The notes under the pieces are model-generated. The model worked only from the letters and a program-made list of their open reading frames with translations, was not told the DNA's origin and searched no databases. From Lama glama (lineage: Eukaryota), in assembly GCA_028534125.1 (NCBI GenBank), contig CM052817.1, forward strand, positions 35,466,001 through 35,530,000: a stretch of 64,000 nt of DNA. The letters run 5' to 3'. Every line of letters begins with the position of its first letter. The first letter of the stretch is position 1. Position numbers and translations under genes: made by a program. This document shows positions 35,530 through 48,420 of the stretch, piece by piece.

Positions 35530-36072
35530 CAAAAATTCTTTTTTTAAGTCTTCTTTTTATTGAACAAAAGATTCTTTAAATTCTTTAGTGTTTTACAATT
35601 TTCAGAAGTTCCACACCACGATTTCATATAATCCCATAATAAAATAACCCTCATTTAAAATCCCCTACCCCTATATTACCCCTCCCTGCACAAAAAACTT
35701 CTTATTGTGATGTTGATTGGAAGTGCTTTAAACTTACAAATTTATTTAAGAAGAATTAACATCTTTATTTAATATTTTGATCTAGGAAAAATTTTTTTTG
35801 TTTTATCACTTCTAAGTCCTTCACAACTCTCAATAAAGTTTTAGTTTTCTTTGTATATACTTTTGTAATGAAACAGAAATTTTCCTTCTGTCTCCCTAGC
35901 CTGGACTAGATGACCCTATATCTAGGAGAAGGGTGGCTACATGGTCTCAGGAAAGTAATTGTGCCCTTTGATCACATTCTCAGAAAGAGAGGTCTTTCAA
36001 ATGGCAAGTAGTTAATATTCTAAGGCTATAATGAAAGTGTGTTCAAGAAACCAATATAAAGACAAGGCTGTG

Positions 36073-36444
36073 GACATAAAAAGAAATGAACTACTGATAC
36101 ATACTATATTGGTGAATCTTGAAAATATTAGTCCAAGTGAAAAGCGCCAGGCAAGAAAGGTTACATATGGTATGAGTCCACTTCTATGAAATGTCCATAG
36201 AGAGAAAGCAATGGCTGCTAGGGTTGGGGGAAGGGAGGCTGCACAATGGATTTTTAATGGGTATAAGGTTTCCTTTAGGGATGATGGAAATGTTCTGGGG
36301 CTAGATTGTGGTGATGGTTGTATAACATTGTGAATGTACCAAATGCCACTGAATTGTAAACTTTAAAATGGTTGAAATGGTGAGTTTTATGCTATGTGAA
36401 TTTTATAGACACACACACACACACATACATATACACACATGACT
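36073..36444 (+). mobile_element. Old L1 (L1MB-like) 3' end with a (CA)n-converted tail
   Basis: cataaaaagaaatgaactactgatac...ggggctagattgtggtgatggttg...; flanking repeat caaggctgtg (36063-36072 / 36445-36454). Confidence 0.8.
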
Positions 36445-36769
36445 CAAGGCTGTGAAAAAAGCAAGAAAAGGAGACACAGGGTGTTCTTTTATTGCACAAT
36501 TACTCCCCCACCTCACCACCACCTGCCCAGGACATAGGCCCGGCCCCAAACCCTGGCCAGGCCCCTTCCCCTGATCTTTGACCTGGTCTCACCTCTGCAG
36601 GAGAGACTTATGCGTCCTGTCCATGGGTGTAGATGAGATGGCCTCTAAGTTTCCTTCCAAATAGGAGACTCTCTGATTCATTTGCACAACTCTCCTTCCC
36701 TTTCTCATTCCTCACACTCTCCTATGTAGATATTTACTAGTGTGACATACAGAGGGAGGAGCTAGAAAT

Positions 36770-36975
36770 CTGGCATCAGCTGGATCTACATTTAAACCTC
36801 GGCTATGCCAACGCACTTGTTGTATGACTTTGAGCCTATGATGTCACTGTGGTTCTCTGAGTTTCCTGCTTTTTCAGCTGTAAAGAGGAGATCGTGACTA
36901 CCACCTTGCCAGAGCGTTGTAGGGATTGGCAATGGTGACCGGGACTGGCACTGAGTAAAAGCACAGTCTGTGTGT
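36770..36975 (+). mobile_element. MIR SINE
   Basis: tgtatgactttgagc...ctctgagtttcc...ctgtaaa...gttgtagggatt. Confidence 0.6.
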
Positions 36976-38444
36976 TTTTTAATCAAAGAAACTCTGAAAC
37001 CCCTATTTGACCATCACTGATTTGGTTGGGTCTAAATATACAAATGTACTTGCTGAAGCCCAGAAACATCTAGGCCCAATCAGATACTTATGGGACCTAA
37101 ATTATCTTGGAGGCATGCCTCAGCAAAGTTAGAACCTAATAATTATTCAACTTACATGTGTCAACCAGAATTGGCCACAGGGGCTGAAATGAGGGCATAA
37201 TTTTATGTAAAAATTAAAGCCACAATCACATCATCTCAACAGAAAAGAGAAGCAACAGAATTACAGCAAGCCGCTGCCATTTACACAAAGGAGTTAAGCC
37301 CTAGACCACCCTGTCAGCAAAACTCTGCTCTAACTAAGCCATTAAGGTAACAAATGTGAATCGGAAATGACTTGGAGTAAAATCCAAGATGGAGCCACGA
37401 AGGAGCAAGCCAAAGATGTTCTGATACCGTTGCCTCTCCCAAGGGCTCTGCAAACCCCCTGAAACCTTTTCTTTTTTTTTTTTTGTGGAGTTTTCCAATA
37501 GGTTCTTGCAACTCCAAACCTTTTCTTACCTTAAGCTGACAGATAAAGCCCCACAGACTGCGTCTGAGAATAGTTAGTGCTCCCCCTATTTCACGTGAGT
37601 TCTTGTCTGAGTTTGAGTTCCCCACAAAGCAGAGTCTGACAGAAGGGCTGAGTCCAGGTCGTTTCCTAAGGAGGCCTCACCTGTACTTTTGGGTACTATT
37701 ATCTGTAGGCTGAGCAGGATCCTAGGGTGTTGGAGAAGGCCCCGGGGCGGAGCACTGAAGGCCACTGGAAGAGGGATGCTGTCAGGGCAACTAGCATCTG
37801 GGCTCGCGTAAGACGACTGTCCGCTGTAGCCGTGGCTGAGGTCAGAGGTGGCCAGGGGCATGGGAAGTGGGCCCCCGAATGTGTTTGTTTCAGCACTCTT
37901 ACATTGCCAGTCTCTCTTGCAGCTAGATTGTGATCATGTGATCCTTGAGTCTGTATGGAAGATATCTGACAAATCCCAAACCATACTCTTACTCATGTCC
38001 ACGTCACCAGGGAGACTACAGCCTCCACACAAGTGAGGGATGGACAAGAAGGGAGCTGTTTCTCAGTAAGGGGGCTGTGAGGATTAGGAGGCCTTTTTTT
38101 CTGTTCTTTTCCCTCTGAGGAGCTAGATCTAACAGGGAGCTGACATACGTCCATAGAACCTCCCATCTTCTTGTAAATATACACAGAAGCTTAGGATTTG
38201 TTTTAAAGTTCTGGGTTTGAATCCCATTGCTTTGGTTTAAATCACATGTCCATCCCTGAACCAATTACTGTGGCCAGGGTGTGGAAAACTCTGGCCAGTC
38301 CTAGATCATATGACATATATATCAGCTTTTCTACACCCCCTAAAGGTAAAGGCCAGTGGTAAATCAGGGTTAAATTACTTTAAGAAAGGGATAAATGAGT
38401 GCTGGATAACAAGAGCAAGAGCTACCTACAACATACTCCTCTTT

Positions 38445-39265
38445 TTGACTTTTTATTGATATGACTTAGTGAAATGTACCAATCTAAAATGTACAGCTTT
38501 GATAACTTTTTACATACATGCTTGGGTAATCACCACCCAATTCAACATTTAAATATTTTTCAGAATCCTCAGTTTCCCCTGTTCCCCTTCCCAGTCATAA
38601 TTCTGCAAAGATAACTCTGCAAAAGGGGTGTAGACACCATAGATTATCTTGCCTGTGCTTGAACTTCATACAAATGGAATCAGACAGTACATGTTCTTTT
38701 GTGTTTGGCTTCTTTCACTCAATATTATGTCTGTGAGATTCATCTGTGTTGTTATACACAGCAGTAGTTTATTCTTTTTCATTGCTGCATAACATTCTAT
38801 TGTATAAAATACTATCCTAATCTACTGTTGATAGGCATTTGAATTGTAACCAGTTTTTGGTTATTATGGCTAAAGCTGGCATGAACATGTTTGTCACTAT
38901 CTTTTGGTGGACATATGCACTTTTTTATCTTGACCCAAGAGTGGAGTTGCTGGGGGGTGTAGCTCAAGTGGTAGAGTCCATGCTTAGCATGCACAAGGTC
39001 CTGGGTTCAATCCCCAGTAACTCCTTTAAAAATAAGTAAATAAACCTAATTACCTCCCACCCCCTGCCAAAAAAAAAAAACCCCAAAACCACAAAACAAA
39101 AACAAAAAACAAATACAAACAAGAGTGGAGTTGCTGGGTCAAAGTACAGACAAATATTTAGTTTTAGAAGGTATTGCCAAACAGTTTTCACTCCTACCAG
39201 CAGTATATGAGAGTTTCAGTGGCCACTCAGGCTTGCCAACAATAGGGTTTGTCAGTTCTTCTAAT
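38445..39265 (-). mobile_element. Old L1 (L1MB/ME-like) 3' region, interrupted by a SINE
   Basis: aaaatgtacagc...aaatggaatcagacagta...tttcactcaatattatgtctgtgagattcatc...taccagcagtatatgagagtttc. Confidence 0.8.
38952..39119 (+). mobile_element. Vic-1-like tRNA-Ala SINE
   Basis: ggggggtgtagctcaagtggtagag...gggttcaatcccc; perfect 19-bp TSD caagagtggagttgctggg (38936-38954 / 39120-39138). Confidence 0.93.
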
Positions 39266-40264
39266 TCCCTACTCTTCTTGATTTGTCAAATACCCTTCTA
39301 CAAGATATTTGCTAGTGGACCAAAACTCCCAGCCTTGGGAAAGTTTCCATCGACCAACAGTTAAAGGCTGAACTTAAGAGCTTAGTCCTGACCCTAAGGG
39401 CAACAGGAACTCAGAAATGGGAGACACCAGCGTAGACATGGAGAGATACAAACTTTCAGAGAGGGTGAAATGTGCAGGGCCTTGACCCATCGGTGGGATT
39501 TGAGTAAGGGAAGGGGAATGAGGAAGACATCCTGTCCGAGTGCATAACTCAAGCAAGGGCAGATAGGTGGGAAAGAGCTTGGAGCAGAGACCAGGAAGGA
39601 AGCTGACCTCCCCTGAGCAGAGAGTACCTCTTAAGAGCAGGAGGTGTGGTGGATTGGTAAGGAGGGGCCAGGCTTAGGCAGGAGGTTTTGAAGTTAAGAA
39701 GTGGGCTTGGGATTTGAGAGACTGGAGTAGGGGAGGGGTTGGGGCCTTACCAAGTGCACACAGCCCCGAGTGGAGTGAGGCCTAGTAGACGAGAGTCAGC
39801 TGGTCTCGTTCAACCTGCTTCCTCCTCCTCCTCCTCACAGTGAGTAGCATCTCACCATGCTGAGTGTGATAATGATTTGACTTGCAGCAGGGCCCCTGAA
39901 TGCCAGCCAACTCCTTCATCTGGTTCTCAGCTAAGGAAGTAGCTCTCTTTCCAGGCCAGAGAGAAAACCGGATGTACCAAATTGAGAACTGGTATATCTG
40001 CATATACTGTACTTTAAAAGCATTTTAAAGGATTCTCAAGGGGCTAAATTTGACTTTATGTGATTTATAACTATGGCCCGACTTCACTAAATTAGAAGGC
40101 TTGTGGCAGGTGTATCTGTATAAAATGATGAACAAAAGCCTGGGCTGTAGGCCCTGAGAATGGAAAGGAATGAATAGCTCCACTCCCCCTGTTCTCCTTC
40201 TAGAACTCCCAACGGCTGGGCCCATTTACCTCCCCACCTGCAGACTCAGCTCTGTGCTGACCAG

Positions 40265-41640
40265 TTGATTCATTTGTTCATTTATCCACTTCTTTATTTA
40301 GCAAACTTTCACTGGCTGCCTAGTGAAGGACAAGGACTGAAATTAAAGATGAAAACACAGAGTGGCTGCCTTCAAGGAGCTCACAGGCAAGCAGGAAACA
40401 CTGACATGCAACAACTGAATGTAAATAAGGTGTGAAAAGAGCTATCATAAAAGGAATCCAAGGACAGTATGGGGGCACCAATGCCACCTGAGGAAAGCAA
40501 AGAAATGTTTGAGGCTGAGTCTTGAAGGATGACTTGGAATTCACCTGGTAGACATGATTGGGGGAGGGCCTTCCAAGCAAAAGAGAACAAACCACAGCAA
40601 GGCAGGAAGAGTGCAGCTTGTGTGGCTGGAGCAGGGAATTTGTGTGCAGAAGGAGCTGAGGATGAGGCTGAGAAGCAGTCAAAGTCAGGTCACGAAGGGC
40701 TACAAGCACCAAGCTAATGAACATGGACTTCATCCTGTGGACCGCGGGGGGCCACTGTAGGGTGTGAGCCAGGACTCTACGGTCCAGCAACTAGAAGCAT
40801 CACGCTGGCACCAGTGTGAAGGGTGAAGCAGAGGGAGTGAGCAGAGAGACAGGGAAATCAGTGTAAAAGTTACTGCATCAGCCTTTGTTTAAAAAAAAAA
40901 AAAGATATAAATGGGCCTGTGACAGAAATGAGGACCAGGAAATGGGTATTTAGGAGATAAAATCTGTAAGATTTAGTGAGCTTGGAGGAGGAAAGGGGGA
41001 GGCCAGGAGAAAAGAATTTGGGTGACTCCTGTATTCTGTTTGGGCGGGTGATGGCACTGTTATTTGGGAGAGGAAATGTTGGAGAAGAGGAAGATTTGGG
41101 TGGGACAGGAGAGGGGAGGGGTGGAGAAAATGAGTTTAATTTTGGTCATTTTGAGCTTGAAGTATCTGTGGGATGTAAGTAGCACATATCGTTGGAGGCG
41201 CTGTCTGGCACTGAGTTCTGAGCTGGAGACGTAGATTGGGTCATCAGTACACACGCGATCGACACAGCCTGAGTCATCTGGTGGGGGCATGCTGCTAGCT
41301 GAGAAGGGAAGAGGGACAAGGACAATGCCATGGGGAACACCAGACTTTGAGGGATATGTGAAACAAACGTCACCCCGGGGAAGGACATAGAGGAGCAGTT
41401 AAAAGGATAGGGATAAAGCCATAAGAAATGATAAACTGTGAGGGCCACTTCTCCTTGTTTGTAATGTATGCAGACCAAGTAGACATGTCCAGCTCATAGT
41501 TGTTGCATGAATGAATAAACAAACAAGTGGAGTGGTGTCATGAAGATAAGGAGGCATTTCCAGAAGAGTACACACTCAAATGCTGCAAAGAGGTCAGTGA
41601 CGCAAGATGAGAACTGAGTGTTCCCTGACTGATCTGCACT
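40265..41640 (-). mobile_element. Long L2 fragment
   Basis: ttcatttgttcatttatcc...ctgccttcaaggagctcac...gagtttaattttggtcattttgagcttgaag...tcaaatgctgcaaagaggtcag. Confidence 0.8.
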
Positions 41641-41859
41641 TGAACAGGAAGCCCTGGGGCAGCCTCCACCACCTCATCCTGAAGAGCTCAGCCTGAGTTG
41701 ATCTCCACCTCGCGTAGACCAGGGCGTGGTTCCCCAGTGCGACCATAAGATGCTCCTTATGCTGTGACTCTCACCAGGAAGCCCTCCTGGACTTCTACCC
41801 TCATGTCCCAGAGCTGGATCGCTTCCCTTAATTCAGTTCCCAAGTTCCTACTTTGGTAC

Positions 41860-42188
41860 TTTATTAGTTGTCTATTATCACGTATCAAATTACTCTAAAA
41901 CTTAGTGGTTTAAAACCACATGCATTTACCAACTCACAGTTTCTAGATTAGGAATCTGGGCATGGCTTAACTGGGATCTCTGCCTCAGGGTCTCTCCAAA
42001 GGCTGCAGTCAAGTTTCAACTGAGATGGGGTCTATTTCCAACTCACTCATTGGTTGTTGGCAGTTCCTCATGGGCTGTTGGTTTGAGGGTCTCAATTCTT
42101 TACACGCTGTTGGCCACTGTTGTCCCTCAGTTCCCTGGCATAAGGGCCTCTCCGGCAAGGCAGCTTGCATCATCAAAGCCAACAAGAG
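41860..42188. mobile_element. MLT1-type LTR, truncated at a 26-bp duplication
   Basis: tattagttgtctatt...caaattactctaaaacttagtggtttaaaac...ggaatctgggcatggcttaactggg. Confidence 0.75.
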
Positions 42189-43272
42189 AATCTGCTTGCA
42201 TCATCAAAGCCAACAAGAGTTTGGCTCAAGAATTCCTGCTGTTGACCATTGTGCTGTTTTGACTATTTTGTAACCTGAGTATAAGCTGGAATACACTGCT
42301 GTCCAGCCCAAGGATGAAAAGCCATTAAAACAAAACATTAAAAACATTGAGCACACCAAACCAAAATTCCAATATTTAATTAGCATTAGAAGAGATTCAA
42401 CCCATACCATATAGCTCCCAGAACCTCTCATTTGCCAACTCTTCCCCGTAAATGTTCCCTGAAACCTAGCCCACATTTTTCCATTTTCTTTTTTCCCTAC
42501 TTCTCTCTTAGCTCCTTATTAGATAGGCTGATTTGGTCTTTTGACTTCATTCATTAGTATCTAGTCAATTTAGCCCATGGCCTGAATTTTACAGAGCAAA
42601 GGGTAATCGTGGAACAGACTAAGCAATCAAGAATTTTACTCCTTTTCCTAACTGTCCAGTCTGGTTTCTGTCTCCCTATTTCTATATTATGAGAAAAACA
42701 GAGAATTGACAGAATTCTTCTTGGAGAGCAGGAGAGAAGGAGAAGCTAAGCAGTACAGAGAAAATTCTGTTTAGCTGGTGATGGGGGATGGAGGGGAGAA
42801 AGGTCAGTGGGCCAGGAACACATAAGCTAATAATCCTTGTCATTGTCACATCCCAGGAGATGCGTGAGTGCTGTGCTATGTCCTTATTATCACAAACAAG
42901 GTTGCCAAGACTCATCTTGTGATGAGTGGGCAGTCCCAGCAGAACTGAGAACCTGGGGAGTGGCAGGGAAGCTTTCTTCTCAGATCTCGCTCACCTAGCT
43001 CTTTCCTCTGAGGCTGAATTTGGGTAAAGCACGTGGAGAACAAGGGGGAATGAGAGATGCTTCCAGATCTCCAAGCCCCTCTGCCAACCAACAGACCTAG
43101 GGTCCACTTTTTGCTTCCAAGCCTGGGTCTGGGAAGATTGTGAGAGCTGATTTGGGAAAGATTAAGTACCCAAACTTCATTTTCCCTCAAAGTAAAACAG
43201 GGCACTGACTCTTAACTCCTGTAATTATTACTTCAGCAAAGCCTCTCCAATAGGCCCCTCTCATCCATTCTT

Positions 43273-43407
43273 TTTTTCTTTTTGTTTTGTTGCGGAGAGA
43301 TAATTAGGTTTATTTATTTATTATTTTTAGAGGAGGTACTGGAGATTGAACCCAAGACCTCATGCATGCTAAGCATGCGCTCTACTACTTGAGCTATACC
43401 TCCCCCC
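43273..43407 (-). mobile_element. Vic-1-like tRNA-Ala SINE inserted in an L2
   Basis: Perfect 12-bp TSD tcatccattctt (43261-43272 / 43410-43421). Confidence 0.92.
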
Positions 43408-44464
43408 TTTCATCCATTCTTGCTGTTAACACCCTCGTGTGTAATTTCTTCCCAGAGCCACTGCAACTGCTCCCTAAGTCACCCCCTACTTCCTGTCTTT
43501 CTCCCCCTCAATCCATTTTACACAGCACCACCAGTTTACTTTTCCCCATTACCAGCCTGATCCACACCTCGTCCCTACTCAAAATCTCTGTTGCTCCCCT
43601 TTCCCTATAAATCTTCATCTAACCTTCAAGACCCTCAAGACCCTCTTTCCAGACATATTCTTCTACATGTATGATCCATGTAAGACAGCGGACTCAGTGC
43701 CAAGCAGTCTACACACCTCTGCTCCCATCATTCTCCTGCCTCTAATCCGCTTTCCACCCCTACTCCAAATTCAGAGGCCACATGAAAAGGTACCTCCCAT
43801 GAGAAACATACCCAGACGATTATAACTGAAAGTAATTTCTCCCTTCTTTCATTTCCCATTTGATCATCTTTATGGCATTTTTCTTACACTAGCATATCTC
43901 TCTACCACCCGTCTATTGGAAAGTACGCGTTTTGAGAGAAGAGATGTTTTCTTGCTAACCTTCAAATATCCAGTAGTGCCCAGTAAAGAGCTTTAAATGC
44001 TAAATGTTCAACCTTCAACAAGTAGTTGTTGAATTGAAAAGAAGTTTGCAGGGCTGAACTCTCTCTTGCCCTAATTTATTATCCAGTTTATTTTACATCT
44101 TCCGTGGCAATAAGCGAAATGCATTCCTTTGAAGAGGGAGGGTGTGAAGGAAAGCACACCCTTGACCTGGGTCAGGTACATTCCATAGCCTGAATTTCAT
44201 CAAACCCATGAGCTTTTAGTCTCTGGGTGTTACCCAGTGGGCAACATCTTTAACTAGCCTGACCTCATGCTTTTCAACCCTGTCACCTATCAATGTCAGA
44301 AGGCGTGTGGCACAGAGCATGTCAAACAGGAAAAACATCTGTATCAATCCAAGTCTACAAACATCCATTCAACACCTACTATGACCAGCACTCTGCTAAG
44401 TGCTGGAGATGGAGGGATGGACAAAAAAGACAAGGTACGGGAACTTTCAAAGTATAATTCCAGT

Positions 44465-44660
44465 AAGAGTAGCTACCATGTGCTGATAGCTTACTATTCC
44501 AGGCCCTGGACTTGCATTGCCTGCATTAATCCTCACAGCAATCCCTCACATCGTCCTCATTTACAGATGGGAAAACAGAGGCTTAAAGAGGTTAAGTTTT
44601 CTGCCCTGGATTGGCAGGTAGTGGAGCTAGGATGTAAACCTTGGGTTTATGACTTAGGTC
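44465..44660 (-). mobile_element. MIR SINE
   Basis: taatcctcacagcaatcc...catttacagatgggaaaacagaggcttaaagaggttaag. Confidence 0.8.
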
Positions 44661-45299
44661 CATTCTTAGATGCACTAATTTGCTTCCTCAACATGCTTTG
44701 TTCTGCTCAAAATGAGATTCTTGCCCTCTTTATACTCTGAGTCTTGCAACGTGGCTTTGGGTGAAGGAATGTATAACATAGACAATCTTGCCTTCCTTTG
44801 CCTCTGGAGATTCCACATGTTCGTACAGCGGTCTCCCCCTGGATTTCTCCGACTTCCTTCACCTACAGTACTCACGTTGAGAGAGCCAGTGAGCAGAGGC
44901 AGTGTCTGCTCATACATCTGAAAGGCATCCCTCCCACCCTTCTCGGCCCTGATACTCTTCACTATGTATTTTCTCCTCTTCTATTGTATGAGTTTTTGCA
45001 AATCTCCTCAAATCCTTTCTGGAACAGGTAATGCATAAGTATATCAAATATGCCTTACACCTACTGGCTGTTCGATATGTCACGTAAATGTGGACTAATC
45101 GATGCTTGACACGTGAAGGAGCCTTAGAGAACATCTTACCCAGTTTTCATTTCGTTCCACAGAGATGCTTCTGGGGTTATTGGGCTCCTTGCCCCCACTG
45201 TTTCTGGAGCATTCCACTCTAATGTCTTTTGCACATAGAGCATCCTGGAACATTTCCTCTGAAAAATGGATTCTTTGACTAATAAAAGTTCAATTTTTT

Positions 45300-45950
45300 A
45301 TTGGAAGCCTTGTGCATTGCTGATGGGAATGGAAAACTGTGCAGCCGCTATGGAAAACGGTTTGGTGGTTCCTCAAGAAATTAAACATAAAATTATCATA
45401 TGATCCAGCAATTCCACTTCTGGGTACATAGCCAAAAAACGTGAAAGCAAGGATTCAAACAAATACTTGCACACCCATGTTCACAGTAGCATCATTCATA
45501 GTTGCCAAAAGGTGGAAGCAACCCAATCAATGGATAGATGGATAAACAAAATGTGGTATATGCATATAATGGAATATTGTTCAGATTTAAAAAGTAATTC
45601 TGACACATTCTACAGCATAGATGAACCTTGACGATACTATGCCAAGTGAAATAAGTCAGTCACAAAAGACCAAATATTGTATGATTCCACTTACATTATG
45701 TACCTAGAATAGGCAAATTTATGGAGACAGAAAATAGAATGGTAGGTGCCAGGGGCTTGAGGGAGGGAGGAATGAGGTGTTACTGTTTAACATGTATGAA
45801 ATTTCAATTAGGGAAGATGAAAAAGTTCTAGAGATGGATGATGTAAATGATTGCACAACAGCATGAATATATTTAATGCCACTGAACTATATACACTTAA
45901 AAATGTTTAAAATGGGAAATTTTATGTTCCATGTATTTTGCCACATTTTT
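45300..45950 (+). mobile_element. L1MB-like 3' region
   Basis: tgcagccgctatggaaaac...atgatccagcaattccacttctggg...gaaaaagttctagagatggatg. Confidence 0.88.
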
Positions 45951-47880
45951 TAGTTTGAAGTATCCTTTTTAAAAATTTATTTTTATTGAAGAACAGTTGA
46001 TTTACAGTGTTGTGTTAGTTTCAGGTGTACAGCAAAGTTACTCAGTTATATATATGTGTATATATATGTAACTGAATAACATATATGTGTGTGTGTGTGT
46101 GTGTATACTTTTTTCAGATTCTTTTCCATCATAGGTTATTACAAGATACTGCATATGGTTCCCTGTGCTATACCGTGGGTCCTTGTTGTTAATCTATTTT
46201 ATATATAGTAGCGAGTATCTGTTAATCCAATACTCTTAATTTATCCCTCCTCCCCACCCCTTTCCCTTTTGGTAATCATAGTTTGTTTTCTATGTCTGTG
46301 AGTCTGTTTACAGGTTGTAAATAAATTCATTTGCATCATTTTTTTAGATTGCATATATAAGTGATATTATATGGTGTTTGTCTTTCTCTGTCTGACTTAC
46401 TTCACTTAATATGATAATCTCTAGGTCCACCCATGTTGCCGCAAGTGGTATTATTTCATTCCTTTTTATGGCTGAGTAATATTCCATTGCGTGTGTGTGT
46501 ATACACACACACATATCATATCTTCTTTATCCAGTCATCTGTTGATGGATATTTAGGTTGCTTCCATGTCTCAGCTACTGTAAATAGTGGTGCTATGAAC
46601 ATTGGGGTGCACGTGTATTTTCAAGTTATACATTTCTTCAGATATGTGCCCAGGAGTGGGATTGCTGGGTCATATGGTAACTGTAGTTTTAGTTTTTTTG
46701 CGGAAACTCCATACTGTCCTCCACAATGGCTGCACCAATTTACATTCCCATCAACAGTGTAGGAGGATTCCTTTTTCTCCACACCCTCTCCAACATTTCT
46801 TATTTGTAGGCTTTTTAATGATGGCCACTCTGAATGGTGTGAGGTGATACTTCATTGTAGTTCTGATTTGCATTTCTCTAATAAATAAATTGAACATCTT
46901 TTCATGCGCCTGTTGGCCATCTGTGTATCTTCTTTGGAGAAATGTCTATTTAGGTCTTCTGCCCATTTTTTTGATTGAGTTGCTTTTTTGTTTTTTTTTT
47001 TTGATATTAAGCTGTATAAGCTGTTTGTCTATTTTGGAAATGAATCACTTGTCGGTCTCATCATTTGCAAAATATTTTCTCCCATTCCATAGGTTGTATT
47101 TTTATTTTATGTATTTATGGTTTCCTTTGCTATGTAAACGCTTTTAAGTTTAATTAGATCCCATTGCTTATGTTTGTTTTTATTTCCATTACTCTAGGAG
47201 GCAGATCAAAAAATATTGCTGTGATTTATGTCAAAGAGTATTCTGCCTATGTTTTCCTTTAAGAGTTTTAGAGTATAAGTCTTACATTTAGGTCTTTAAT
47301 CCATTTTGAGTTTATTTTTATGTATGGTGTTAGAAATGTCCTAACTCATTCTTTTTACATGTAGCTGTCCAGTTTTCCCATCACCACTTATTGAAGAGAC
47401 TATTCTTTCTCCATTGTATATCCTTGCCTCCTTTGTTTAAGTGACCATAAGTGCATAGGTTTATTTCTGGGCTTTCTATCCTCTTCCATTGATTTATGTG
47501 TCTGTTTTTGTGCTATTACCATACTGTTTTGCTTACTATAGCCTTGTAATATAGTCTGAAGTCCGAGATTGTCATTCCTCTAGCTTCGTTCTTCTTTCTC
47601 AAGATTGTTTTGGCTATCCAGGGTCTTTGTGTTTCCATATAAATTAAATTTTTTTTTGTTCCAGTTGTGTGAAAAATGTCATTGGTAATTTGATAGAGAA
47701 CATACTGAATCTGTATTTGCCTTGGGTAGGATAGACATTTTAACAGTATTGATTCTTCCAACCCAAGAACACAGTATATCTTTCCATCTGTTTGTGTCAT
47801 CTTTAGTTTCTTTCATCAGTGTCTTAAAGTTTTTGGAGTAGAAGTCTTTTGCCTCTCTAAGTAAGTTTATTACTAGGTAT
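45951..47880 (-). mobile_element. About 1.9-kb 5'-truncated camelid L1 (3' UTR plus decayed ORF2) nested in the L1MB tail
   Basis: ORF 47516-47800 contains ORF2-like text (...[31 protein letters not shown]); imperfect TSD gtattttgccacattttt (45933-45950) / gtatttaccacaattttt (47877-47894). Confidence 0.92.
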
Positions 47881-47912
47881 TTACCACAATTTTTTTAAAA
47901 GTTCAATTTCTC

Positions 47913-48267
47913 TTAAGTCTGACAGGGAGAGACAAACGCTGTATGTTACCACTTATATGTGAAATCTGAAAAATAAAACTAGTGAATATAACAAAAAAGA
48001 AACAGACTCACAAATGTAGAGAACAAGCTAGTGGTTACCAGTGGGGAGAGGGAAGGGGGAAAGGGCAAGATGGGGTAGGGCATTAAGAGGTAAAAACTAC
48101 TATGCATAAAATAAATAAGCTACATGGATATATAGTACAACACAAGGAATAGAGCCAGTATTTTATAATAACTGTAAATGGAGTATAATCTTTAAAAATT
48201 GTGAATCACTGTGTTGTACACCTGAAACTTACATAATGTTGTGAATCAACTATACCTCAATTTTTTA
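47913..48267 (+). mobile_element. L1 3' end (L1MA9/artiodactyl-like)
   Basis: Perfect 16-bp TSD aaaagttcaatttctc (47897-47912 / 48268-48283). Confidence 0.9.
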
Positions 48268-48283
48268 AAAAGTTCAATTTCTC

Positions 48284-48420
48284 ATTTCATAGAAGAGGAA
48301 CCAGAGTTTCAAGGTGAAGTGGCTTGTCCAAGGTCACTCAGCAAAGTGAGTAGTACCATCAGGAGCAGTAGAACCCAGTGCTGCTGGCCATCGGGGCATG
48401 ACTTTCCCTATTGTAACATA
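48284..48420 (-). mobile_element. MIR fragment
   Basis: atttcatagaagaggaa...gtggcttgtccaaggtcactcagc. Confidence 0.7.
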
